A DNA stretch of 64,000 nt, from the NCBI GenBank assembly GCA_016906335.1, contig JADEYG010000015.1:744001-808000 (forward strand), given 5' to 3'. Both the position numbers and the translations under genes were made by a program. The DNA comes from Novakomyces olei (taxonomy: Eukaryota). Of the stretch, positions 23,936 to 34,181 are shown one piece after another (the first letter of the stretch is position 1; each line of letters starts with the position of its first letter). The notes beneath the pieces are model-generated. The model made no database searches and was not told the DNA's origin. It saw nothing but the letters and a program-made list of their open reading frames with translations.

Positions 23936-26900
23936 TCAATCCTCGTCCATTTCATTCGGCGGCTCGCCGAGAGCAACAGTGGCCTCAAACGTCTTTTCCG
24001 AGTCGACGCCCATGTACGAGTCGCTGAGCAAAGTGACACGGAACTCGTGCCGCCCAGCAGCGATAGGCGTAAACTCGAGGCTCGTAGTGAGTCGGCGCTG
24101 GATAGTGACTTTGCGGATAGCGAGCAGAGCCGATTCGTCAGAGACGATAATCCACCACTGCTCTGTCTTTTCAAAAGGAAAAAAAGGAGCAATAACACGA
24201 GTATCCACTGCCTCATCCTCCTCGAGGCCTCTGTCCAAGCTCACTGTAATGACGGTGGGCGTATGTGTAGCGAGCTCAGCACTTCTAATCTCATACTGCA
24301 CATCGATCATAGGATAGTGGTTGACAAAGGCGGCAATATCGCTCAACTGGTCCGGCGCAAACCCCTGTAAAAGCAGCTGCCGCTTGTCCTCCTCCATCTC
24401 CTGCACATCGTACACGTCTGCCACACCGAGCTCAGTGGCACGGAGCACAGTGTCGCTCGTAAAATGCGGAAGCTGCCGCAGTACATGGTCGCTGTCCCAC
24501 AGAGCCTGTACTGTCATCTGCGACATCTCTATCGGCCGAATACAGGCGTGCAAGAACCCCTCAGAGGAGCAAACATCGACACAGGCACTGAGCAGCGTCA
24601 GTGTCTGCCGCACAACAATCCTCTGATCCAGAGCCAAATCGGTTGGCAGAGTAAACCGGGAGAAATGGGCGGCCAAGAGGATAAAAGCCTTGGCCTGAGG
24701 CGTATCCAGACGAGACGCGTCTGCCAGTTTTACGGGGACACGGTCGTGGATGCGTTTGAGCAAAGCAGACTCGTGCTGCCGGATAGGCAGCAGCGAATCA
24801 AACTCGGCCGCTGAGCTGACAATCTCGAGGAGGCCTCTCATCTTTAGCCGAGAGCTGAGGCTGAGGGCAAAAGTGTGCATCGTTATATAGCTCACACGGT
24901 AAAAGGAGGCAATCATGGCCGCATTTAAAGGGAAGCAGGCGCCCGTCTCGTCGTCGACGCTGACGAGACCGGCCTCTGCCAGCTCTTGCAGCACTGTCTC
25001 TACCAGCTCTGAGAGGTACTCGGAGACGGCAGTGTGGGTAGTAGCTTGGAGGCCATAGTACCCTGGATTGGCAACGAGTCTGCGGTACAGGAACGTCCAC
25101 GTCAGCCAGTCAACTGCGTCCTGTTTGCCCTCGATCGTCTGTGCTGCAATCTCTGCCACAAAGGCATCGTGCAGGTCCAAATACAGATGGCTCTCTATCG
25201 GCAGCGGCTCTGACAGGAATTTTTTATAGTACTCTTTACGTGCCGCCGTCGTCAGCAGCAGCAGTTTGGGTGGGTCACTAGTCTCTGTTTTTGCTTTTGC
25301 TTTAGTCTCTGCTTTTGCTTTTGTTTTTTCTTCTTCTCTTTCTCTTTCTTTTCCTATTGTCTCTGCCTTTCGAGCGTGACCTGCCATCTCGAGGATATCG
25401 CTGACGGGATAGTCAATGTACCGGTGCTCCCGCCCGTCGTACATTTGCGTGCCCATCACGACGACGAGGGACGCGTACAGGTCCACATCGTACGCCATCT
25501 CTCGCGGCACAAACAGCACTGTTAAAGCGCCCTCTGTATACAGCGACCTCACTATCCGCAGATCCTCTGCGTCTGTGCCCTCGTGGATATAGCCAATGCC
25601 TCGCATCAGCGCTTCCTCCAGCAGATTGTCAGAGACGCGTCTTACTACCTGTGCCCGCTTTTCAAACACTCCTCCAGAGTCAGACTGTAGCAGTTTAAGT
25701 CGGTTTTTTTCATCTTCTATTATTTCGTCTCTTCCTAATATTTCTCCTTCTTTTCCTATTCCTCCTTGTCCTTGTCCTTCTTTTCCTATTCCTCCTTCTC
25801 CTCCTTCTTTTCCTATTCCTCCTTCTCCTCCTTCTTTTCCTATTCCTATTCCTCCTTCTACTCCTTCTTTTCCTATTCCTATTCCTCCTTCTACTCCCTC
25901 TTTTTCTATTCCCTCGAGGAGCAGCTGCTGTACAGTCTGCCGGGCTACGGCCCGGCTCGGAGTGTACACGATCGTCGGTCCGGCGGCCATTCCCCTCACT
26001 GCCTCACGCACAGGCCGCACCATGGCGAGCATGAGCGAGGGAAAATGAGGGATCTGGAAGCTCTGTACGTGAGTCTCTATATCCATATTCTGAGGGCTAA
26101 AATTGTACACGTCTGCGGCAGCCGCACCGATCCACTCGCCAAAGTCTTTAGCGTTTGCGAGCGGCACAGAGAGAGCGACAAAGCGCACTGAGCGCTCGAG
26201 CTGAGCGGCCGCGTAGCGCGCACGTGCCACTACAGTTTCGTACACGGGGCCCGTGCTGCCGCCGATAAGGTGAGCCTCGTCGCAGATGTACAGAGTGCAA
26301 TTCTGCACATTGCGCCTCTGCCGCCAGCGCCGGGAGACACTGTCCCACTGCTCGGGCGTAGCGAGGACACAGTCTGCCGACGCTAAGCGCCGTAAGTCTT
26401 CGCCCGTCTCGCCGCTGAGCCGTACGATTGTGAGCCCGAGCGGAGCAAAAGCGGCCGTCCATTCTCGGCAGCGTCGGTCCACGGTTGATTGTGTGGGGGA
26501 TATGTAGACTGCTCGACCACCAACAGTGCCGGCACCGGCAGTGACGGCTCTGCCAGAATTATTAGAATTATTAGAATTATTAGGGTTAACCCCAGAATTA
26601 GGGTTAACCCCAGAATTAGGGTTAACTCCAGAATTAGGGTTAACCCCAGAATTAGGGTTAACCCCAGAATTAGGGTTAACTCCAGAATTAGGGTTAACTC
26701 CAGAATTACTACTGCCGCCGCTGCCGGCAGAGGCAAAATGCCTCAGCAAAGCAAGCTCGGCACACACACCCTTGCCACTCGCCACAGGCGCGCCGACGAC
26801 AACGCTCCTATCACTGCCAAACAGAGCGTGAAACGTCTGTGTCTGGTACGCGTTAAACTGCTCAACACCTCGACGCGTAAACACACGAGCCAGCTCGGCG

Positions 26901-29900
26901 CTGCGGAGTGCCGATACAGGCAGCCGCTGCAAGTCGAGCAGCGGAGTCGGCTGCGGAAACGGCCGCGGCAGCGGCAGTTGCTGCAGGCGGACAGCGATCT
27001 TTGTATCGCCTCCGATCCAACGGTCCGAGATGGCACTAATAAAAAAATGCGGCAGCGACAGCGGCAGTGTAAACTCGATCACGTGCGGCTCCTTTGCGAA
27101 CCGTCGGTACAGCACAAACTGCTCACTGTGCAAAATTGTATCGCCATCGCCATCCTCGACAATGATCCAAAAGGCCTCTGCATTCGAGTGGACACCCTCT
27201 GTCCAAGTAAAACAAGGAGTGCAGACACATTCTACTCGCAAAAGCGACGCTGTGATTGGCTGCACTTGCGCCTGCAGCTCGAGCCGAGGCAGAGCCTGGA
27301 TGCACGAGTGCACGAGCCGAGCCTCTGCTAAACTGCCGCCACAGAGCTCTGCCAGCGCCGGCACATCGAGGTCAGAGTAGCGAGTAAAAGGCAGTTCTGC
27401 CCTCTCCAGCCGCCGCAGCAGCCGCTGCGGCAGTTGTGGAAACTGTGCCAGTGGCGAAACAGTGAGCCACATACGCCTGTCGACCATCTTGCACATACCG
27501 AGCAGCAGTCTCGCCGGCCGCGCCCACTGCCGGCCGAGGCAGATGGCGAAAAGGCCACGCAGGATTCGGCTGGCAGATTGCGTAATGTATACCATATCCG
27601 CTACCAGAGCAAACCCGTCCAGTCGCTGCCGGGCAATGTACGCCTGCAGGAGACAGTTGATCTTGGCACTCGGATCGTCGACCCCCTCCCTTACGGGTAC
27701 AGGCACTCGGCCGAGCAGCCGGGCCAGTTCCACTTTCTCTTCCGCCCTGACAGGAACGTACTGGAACTCTTGGGCCCTACAAAAGACACGAAACAGGTCC
27801 GCCAGTGCCATCTGTGGAGACAACTCTGTATTAAAAGTGGCCATTGACGTGTGAGTGATGTAGAAATGAGCAGCCACTCTGCCCTCCTCTGTCGGCTGCA
27901 GCCGACCAGAGAGAGAATCGTAAATGACCAATCCGCTACGGGCTAAAACTGTGGCCGCCGAGTGGACGATATCCACCCTTTTCTGTATGAGCAGAGTGTC
28001 GGCTGCGTACTCGCGGCCGACACGGTAGAGTGCCGGCTGCCGCAGCATACGGATATAGAGGTAAGTGTACCCCAAATAATGGACGGCCTCGTCTCGGCTG
28101 CCGATACTGCCGAGGACAATCTCGGCGTTTAATGTATCCGCCAGCCGAGCGTACAGATGGCTCTCGATCGGCAGCTGCTGGTTCAGCAGGCTGCAGTAGT
28201 ACGGCAGCTCGCTCTGCGCTGTAATTATTACGCCTTCCCCGTAAGTATCGTACTGCGGCCGGCCGGCTCGGCCGAGCATCTGCAGCACATCCTGCGGCGA
28301 CAGCTCTGTCCATTGGCCCAACTCGGGAGCATAAACCTGAGTGCCTTTAATAACGACAGTATGTGCCGGCAGATTGACGCCCCAAGCCAGAGTGGCAGTG
28401 CTCACGAGCACCTGCACTGAGCCCTCGGCAAACAGGTCCTCTGCCAACTGCCGATCCTGGCGGGACATGCCTGCATGGTGGCAGGCAATGCCGTACGGCA
28501 GTACTGCCTTGAGATCTTTATTGGCTGTCTGCTCTGACTCTGTCTGCAGGATTTCTCTAGTGGCAGAGTCTGGACGGATGAGTCGGGTAATGCTGCCTTG
28601 CTCTACAGCTCTGTCGCAAATGTAGGCAGCCACTTTGGCCGTCTCCCTGCGCGAGTGGACAAAGACCAAAACTTGGTTCCTTCCGGCTTGCTCTATCACT
28701 TTGTCAAAGCAGGCCTCGTTCATGGCCTGCAGCTGTTTCAGCGGCCTTCGTTCAGTGACACCGATAAACGTCTGCTGCAATGGACAGGGCCTAAACCCAC
28801 TGTCAAAGTAGTAAAGGCCAGAGTCGATATCGACACGGAGAAAGGCGGCCACGTCTATATAGTTGGGCAGCGTGGCAGAAAGGCCTACCAGCCGGACTGG
28901 CTCTAGCGTCTCCAGCTGCCGCCTTAGAGTGCGGGCCACTACCGCCTCCAGCACTGGACCCCTCTCGTCATGCAGCAAATGGATCTCGTCTATTATAATA
29001 AGCCTCACAAGGCTTGTATAGGACAAATCCGTGGCCTTGCGAGTGACCACGTCCCATTTCTCTGGCGTTGTTACAATAACCTGCGTCTCTGCCACCGCCT
29101 GCTTTGTCAGCTGACGGTCGCCCGTTAGTTCAGAGACGGTTATACTATACGGCGCCAGCCGCTCACTAAAACTGCCCACCATCTCCTGCACCAGCGCCTT
29201 GAGCGGAGCAATGTACACTACTTTAAATGCTCCCTTGTCTATAATGCCAGTGGCGGAGTCTCGGTGCTTTGCCATCTCGTTCAGGATACACAGCATTGCC
29301 ACGTTGGTTTTGCCTGCACCAGTTGGGGCACAGAGCAGCAGATTCTGGTCGTCGCCAAAGGCTCGAGGGTAGATTCGTGATTGGATACGGTTCAGCGTCT
29401 TGGCGCCCTTGAATGCGGCTCGCGTCCACTCTGGCAGACTCGAGATTTCTACTAATTGCTCGCCATGGGCCATTGGCGCCCTTGCCGGCGCTGGCACTTG
29501 GATCTCTTGGTAGTTTTTGCGGTCATACTTTTTCGTGCCCGCCGGCAGCGATACGTTCTTGTTTGCCATCAAATGCGAACCTTGCTCAAACACGAAATTG
29601 TCTAAATCAACCAGCTGCTTTGGCGCAGGCAGCTGCGATGGGTTTGACGGGTTTGACGGGTTTGATGGCTTCGACTTTCCTGACTTAAACTGCTCTGGCT
29701 CTGCCTCTCGGTCGGCATCTGTTGGAGCCTTTGTTTCCAACCCACCTTTTCCCTCCAGCGCATCAAGTATCCATGCAAGGCCCCGGCCTTGCATCTGCGC
29801 TCGAATAGCAGATTTTTGCTCCTCCGTCTCGGCCCTCGCCAGCCGTGAGCAGTATACTACAACATCCACGTTCCTCGTCAGCAGCTGCACTATATCAAAC

Positions 29901-30913
29901 CGCTCAAAATCAAACAGCTCCATCAGATCGTTCTCCAGCTGGCCAATACTGCGCTCAGGATCGCTTGCTGCCTCGTTTAGCACTTTTGTAACTGCTCCTA
30001 CTTTCTCCTGTGTAATATGCGCATCACCATAGACCCCGGCAATAATGCGCTGCAGCCAAAAGGCGTCCACGTCCCGAGGGTCCAAAGCTTTGATTTTCTG
30101 CCGAGTCCGTGAAAGCGCATCGCCCATTGCCTGTGCTCCGGCACTTTCTTCCCAGGCGCCTCCGCCTTCCTCCGTCTCTGGCCGCTCCTCTTCTTCTTCC
30201 TCCTCCTCCTCCTCATTTTCCTCGTCTGACTCTGCGTACAAATCATCGATATCGTTGCCTTCTTCCTCGTCCACGACAACAGCCACCGCCTGGTCAGCCT
30301 GACCAGCCTGGCCAGTCGCCTCTGCCTCCTCTGCCTCCTCGCCCGGCCGAGTATAGTCTGTAATCCGCTTCGCCAGGCTCACGAGCTGTGCAAACTGATC
30401 GCTCGGCAACTCTGTGCCCAGGATATCATCGACCTGCGCCTTGCGCTCCACGTCCTTGAGATCTTGGTTCTTTAGCACTTCCAGAACCATATCGCCAGCG
30501 GACCTGATAATCTCATGCGTTTGGTCACCGAGCCAGTTGTGCACAAACGCCAGAATATGCTGAAAAGTCTGTATGCTCTCTTGCGTGCGCGGCCGATAGG
30601 AAATGCCCTCGAGCTGGAGAGTAGAGTCCAGCACAGAGGCAAACTGGCCAGATGCCATTGCTGGCACTGCTCCACGCTTGCGCTTGTTCCGCCTCACCGA
30701 TACATCGTCCGCTGCTAAATCTTCTACATTCAGCGTCTGCTTCAGCAGCTTTTCTTGGCCCTCTACTCGCGCCCGGTCGCCCATCTGCCGAGGGTCGATC
30801 CGGCCAACAAGCGACTCGGGCTCGCCTGTAGGATCGTTCGTTCCCCGGTGCCGCCGATCGGACGGCAGCACCAGATTGGACATTGCCGCATAGCGGTACT
30901 GCGACGTGTCCAT
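23936..30913 (-). CDS. BRR2: U5 snRNP 200-kDa Ski2-like RNA helicase with low-complexity insertions
   Basis: 2325-aa ORF; QYRYAAMSNLVL, PTGEPESL, APTGAGKT, DEIH, TLAWGVNLPAH, QMLGRAGRPQYD, second helicase cassette and Sec63 units. Confidence 0.97.
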   Translation of the reverse strand: MDTSQYRYAAMSNLVLPSDRRHRGTNDPTGEPESLVGRIDPRQMGDRARVEGQEKLLKQTLNVEDLAADDVSVRRNKRKRGAVPAMASGQFASVLDSTLQLEGISYRPRTQESIQTFQHILAFVHNWLGDQTHEIIRSAGDMVLEVLKNQDLKDVERKAQVDDILGTELPSDQFAQLVSLAKRITDYTRPGEEAEEAEATGQAGQADQAVAVVVDEEEGNDIDDLYAESDEENEEEEEEEEEERPETEEGGGAWEESAGAQAMGDALSRTRQKIKALDPRDVDAFWLQRIIAGVYGDAHITQEKVGAVTKVLNEAASDPERSIGQLENDLMELFDFERFDIVQLLTRNVDVVVYCSRLARAETEEQKSAIRAQMQGRGLAWILDALEGKGGLETKAPTDADREAEPEQFKSGKSKPSNPSNPSNPSQLPAPKQLVDLDNFVFEQGSHLMANKNVSLPAGTKKYDRKNYQEIQVPAPARAPMAHGEQLVEISSLPEWTRAAFKGAKTLNRIQSRIYPRAFGDDQNLLLCAPTGAGKTNVAMLCILNEMAKHRDSATGIIDKGAFKVVYIAPLKALVQEMVGSFSERLAPYSITVSELTGDRQLTKQAVAETQVIVTTPEKWDVVTRKATDLSYTSLVRLIIIDEIHLLHDERGPVLEAVVARTLRRQLETLEPVRLVGLSATLPNYIDVAAFLRVDIDSGLYYFDSGFRPCPLQQTFIGVTERRPLKQLQAMNEACFDKVIEQAGRNQVLVFVHSRRETAKVAAYICDRAVEQGSITRLIRPDSATREILQTESEQTANKDLKAVLPYGIACHHAGMSRQDRQLAEDLFAEGSVQVLVSTATLAWGVNLPAHTVVIKGTQVYAPELGQWTELSPQDVLQMLGRAGRPQYDTYGEGVIITAQSELPYYCSLLNQQLPIESHLYARLADTLNAEIVLGSIGSRDEAVHYLGYTYLYIRMLRQPALYRVGREYAADTLLIQKRVDIVHSAATVLARSGLVIYDSLSGRLQPTEEGRVAAHFYITHTSMATFNTELSPQMALADLFRVFCRAQEFQYVPVRAEEKVELARLLGRVPVPVREGVDDPSAKINCLLQAYIARQRLDGFALVADMVYITQSASRILRGLFAICLGRQWARPARLLLGMCKMVDRRMWLTVSPLAQFPQLPQRLLRRLERAELPFTRYSDLDVPALAELCGGSLAEARLVHSCIQALPRLELQAQVQPITASLLRVECVCTPCFTWTEGVHSNAEAFWIIVEDGDGDTILHSEQFVLYRRFAKEPHVIEFTLPLSLPHFFISAISDRWIGGDTKIAVRLQQLPLPRPFPQPTPLLDLQRLPVSALRSAELARVFTRRGVEQFNAYQTQTFHALFGSDRSVVVGAPVASGKGVCAELALLRHFASAGSGGSSNSGVNPNSGVNPNSGVNPNSGVNPNSGVNPNSGVNPNSGVNPNNSNNSNNSGRAVTAGAGTVGGRAVYISPTQSTVDRRCREWTAAFAPLGLTIVRLSGETGEDLRRLASADCVLATPEQWDSVSRRWRQRRNVQNCTLYICDEAHLIGGSTGPVYETVVARARYAAAQLERSVRFVALSVPLANAKDFGEWIGAAAADVYNFSPQNMDIETHVQSFQIPHFPSLMLAMVRPVREAVRGMAAGPTIVYTPSRAVARQTVQQLLLEGIEKEGVEGGIGIGKEGVEGGIGIGKEGGEGGIGKEGGEGGIGKEGQGQGGIGKEGEILGRDEIIEDEKNRLKLLQSDSGGVFEKRAQVVRRVSDNLLEEALMRGIGYIHEGTDAEDLRIVRSLYTEGALTVLFVPREMAYDVDLYASLVVVMGTQMYDGREHRYIDYPVSDILEMAGHARKAETIGKEREREEEKTKAKAETKAKAKTETSDPPKLLLLTTAARKEYYKKFLSEPLPIESHLYLDLHDAFVAEIAAQTIEGKQDAVDWLTWTFLYRRLVANPGYYGLQATTHTAVSEYLSELVETVLQELAEAGLVSVDDETGACFPLNAAMIASFYRVSYITMHTFALSLSSRLKMRGLLEIVSSAAEFDSLLPIRQHESALLKRIHDRVPVKLADASRLDTPQAKAFILLAAHFSRFTLPTDLALDQRIVVRQTLTLLSACVDVCSSEGFLHACIRPIEMSQMTVQALWDSDHVLRQLPHFTSDTVLRATELGVADVYDVQEMEEDKRQLLLQGFAPDQLSDIAAFVNHYPMIDVQYEIRSAELATHTPTVITVSLDRGLEEDEAVDTRVIAPFFPFEKTEQWWIIVSDESALLAIRKVTIQRRLTTSLEFTPIAAGRHEFRVTLLSDSYMGVDSEKTFEATVALGEPPNEMDED
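26555..26708. repeat. 7 x 18-bp repeat TTAGGGTTAAC(C/T)CCAGAA inside BRR2, encoding (NSGVNP)7
   Basis: Directly visible; followed on the coding strand by three 9-bp NNS units. Confidence 0.95.
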
Positions 30914-31089
30914 GGCTGTATTGGTACAGTATGGCTGTACAGCACTGCTCCTCTTGCCGACTACACGTCCACGTTTGCCTCTCCGCCAGGTTTTGTGGTG
31001 CGTGTAGCTCAGAAGCCAGTGTTACTTGTGATTGGCCGATAGTTTGGAAGAATTTTTATTCAGATTTACTATTTATCCAATATTTATTC

Positions 31090-31445
31090 AGTATATTCTG
31101 TATTCTGTATTCTGTATTCTGTATTCAATATTCAATATTCAATATTCAATATTTGTTCAGTATTTGTTCAGTATTTGTTCAATATTTGTTCAGTATTTGT
31201 TCAGTATTTGTTCAATACTTGTTCAATATTTGTTCAGTATTTGTTCAATACTTGTTCAGTATTTGTTCAATATTTGTTCAATACTTGTTCAGTATTTGTT
31301 CAGTATTTGTTCAATACTTGTTCAGTATTTGTTCAATATTTGTTCAGTATTTATTGTTTTTATTATTTTTATTATTTTTATTTTTATTATTTTTATTATT
31401 TTTATTTTTATTATATTTATTATATCTTTTATTATATTTATTATA
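31090..31445. repeat. Compound satellite: 7-bp units, then 11-bp TATTTGTTCAR units, then a T/A-rich tract
   Basis: Divergent BRR2/ZWF1 spacer; source of the spurious low-complexity ORFs in the track. Confidence 0.93.
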
Positions 31446-31699
31446 TCACAAGTTACACTTTGCACCCTGTTTACTAATACTATATCAACTAATCTTATAT
31501 TTAATTATTAAACTCTATAATACAGCGGTGTATGACTTCATTATCTCGTACATTACAAAGCGCCGGCTCGAACAATACATAATAATATTGCCAACGCTTA
31601 TTAGTAATGGCTCTACCTCTCGCACAATTATCCATGGTCCCTATATAAATAAATATATAAAGATACAGGCACACCCCAAAACCTCGAGACTAGCAAACT

Positions 31700-33754
31700 A
31701 TGGCCGAAACTCTCGTAGCGAATCCCGGGCCCACCACGGCCGGCTCGAAAGAGCTGACCAAGGACGTCACTGTCGTCGTCCTTGGCGCTTCTGGCGATCT
31801 GGCAAAGAAGAAGACTTTCCCTGCGCTCTTTGGTTTGGTAAGGCTTTCCCACTCTCTTGTTTGCTGCGCCAGTGACTTTCCACTGGAACTCGACCCTCTC
31901 GTTCAATGGTTCTCTTTCACATTGGGTTCACATTCGCCCACATACACAGGCTTTTTGGGCGTCATTGATTTGCGCAAACAGGCGATCTGCGCCAGCCAGT
32001 GTCGCCATGTGGTTTATATCCCAACTTTGCCGCTTGCTTCCGCCCTACGTCACTTGTCTGCTCACAAGTATAATGTCGCGTCCATTATACTTGCGTAACA
32101 CTGTCTACTATGCATTATCATGTATTATATATTATATATATTATAATTATTATATTATATATATTATATATATTATATATATTATATATATTATATATAT
32201 TATATATATTATATATTATATATTATATATTATATATATTATATATTATATATATTATATATTATACATGTATTATATGTTGTTTTATATATAATACATG
32301 TGTAAATATTATAGAAACATGGCGTCACATGGCTATGCTATCGATACTCGTTCTATCATCCTTTATCTGCCTATCTATAATTAATGTGCTATACTAATCA
32401 CGTACAGTTTCGCAACAAGTTCCTGCCCGACGATATCCGCATCGTTGGCTACGCACGGTCCAAACTCGACCACGACGCCTTCATCAGCCGTGTACGCAGC
32501 AATATTAAAACGCCTACTCCCGAAATTGAGGAGCGATTGGAAGAATTTATCAAGCGGTGCACTTATATTTCCGGCCAGTACAATGAGGACGAGTCCTTTG
32601 TGCACCTGCGCAAGCATCTGGAGGAAGTTGAGGGCTCTCGGCCAGAGACCAACCGTATTTTTTACATGGCCCTGCCGCCCAATGTCTTTGTCGACGTAGC
32701 CCGTGGTCTACGCAAGAACTGCTACCCCAGCAAGGGCATTGCCCGTCTCATTGTGGAGAAGCCGTTTGGTCACGATCTGGAGAGCTCGCGTGAACTGCAG
32801 CGGGCGCTCTCTCCCATCTGGAAGGAGGACGAGACTTTCCGTATCGACCACTACCTCGGAAAGGAGATGGTTAAGAATCTCTTGATTTTACGATTTGCCA
32901 ATACTTTCTTCTCCGCCAGCTGGAACCGCAATACTATTGACAATGTGCAGATCACGTTCAAGGAACCGTTTGGCACAGAGGGACGTGGTGGTTATTTCGA
33001 TGAGTTTGGTATTATCCGCGACGTAATGCAGAACCATTTGCTGCAGATTATGACCATTCTCGCTATGGAGCGCCCCGTCTCCTTTTCTGCGGAAGACGTT
33101 CGTGATGAAAAGGTTCGTGTTTTGCGTGCAACTCCCAGCATCGAGGCAAAGAACGTGATTATTGGTCAATACGGCCCAAGCGAGGATGGCACTAAACCGG
33201 GCTACTTGGATGACGACACTGTTCCAAAGGATTCTCGTTGTGCCACTTTTGCCGCTCTCGCTATCTTTATCAAGAACGAGCGCTGGGATGGTGTGCCGTT
33301 CATCCTCGAGGCAGGAAAGGCTCTGGACGAGCGGCTCACAGAGATCCGTGTCCAGTTTAAGGATGTCACCTCTGGAATCTTCAAGGAGATACCTCGCAAT
33401 GAGCTCGTTGTCACTGTGCAGCCTAACGAGTCCGTATCCATGAAGATGAACTCGAAGCTTCCAGGCCTTACTATGCGCACTACTCAAACGGAACTAGACC
33501 TATCTTATAAGCGCCGTTTCTCCGACATCAAAATCCCAGAGGCTTATGAGGCGCTTATCTTGGACGCACTTAAAGGCGATCACTCCAACTTTGTCCGTGA
33601 TGACGAACTCGATCAATCTTGGCGCGTCTTCACTCCGCTCCTTCACTATCTGGATGAAAACAAAGAAATCAAACCGACTTCGTATCCTTACGGTTCGCAC
33701 GGACCCGCCGTCTTGGACGAGTACTTGTCAAGCTACGGGTACGTCCACGAATAG
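31700..33754 (+). CDS. ZWF1: Glucose-6-phosphate dehydrogenase
   Basis: GASGDLAKKKTFPALFGL|FRNKFLP across intron 31838-32407; EKPFG, RIDHYLGKEMV, RGGYFDEFGIIRDVMQNHL. Confidence 0.97.
32122..32275. repeat. (TATTATATA)n-type microsatellite inside the ZWF1 intron
   Basis: Directly visible. Confidence 0.9.
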
Positions 33755-34080
33755 GTGCTTATTATTTGTTTGCTATCCTCTTTCTCATATTGTACCCTAC
33801 TTTTTACCCGACTTAGAGCAATCAATACGATTTAAACTGTATTGTTAAAAGGAGAACAAGAAAGAAATGTCAACTTTTGATGCAGACTTTGTGCAAGGTT
33901 TGCCTCGTAGTCCTTGCACTTTGCAATAGAATGATTAAATTTTTCGATATGCTAGATCACGAATAGATTAAAGGCCAAATGTATGTCTAATTTTACAATA
34001 CTCGCCAGCTTGACAGTCAAGCTGATCCGTGGATAGCCGCAGTTAAACCTTTGGAGGACAATTTCTTGAATATTTTGTGT

Positions 34081-34171
34081 AAAACTGCCTCAAAACTGCC
34101 TCCAAACTGCCTCAAAACTGCCTCAAAACTGCCTCAAAACTGCCTCAAAACTGCCTCAAAACTGCCTCCAA
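34081..34171. repeat. 11-bp repeat AAAACTGCCTC x8, just downstream of the SNT2 stop
   Basis: Directly visible. Confidence 0.95.
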
Positions 34172-34181
34172 ACGGCACAGA

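Noticed and set aside
30883-32397. Long ORFs rich in F/L/Y/I/C (30883-31875, 31032-31511, 31857-32294, 32110-32397)
   Set aside because: Translations of satellite DNA and of the ZWF1 intron.
33735-34035. Cryptic peroxisomal isoform of ZWF1 through read-through or the GTACGT donor near the stop
   Set aside because: Read-through ends ...AINTI*, and none of the acceptors I tried gave an SKL-like terminus; the stop context is TAG-GTG.
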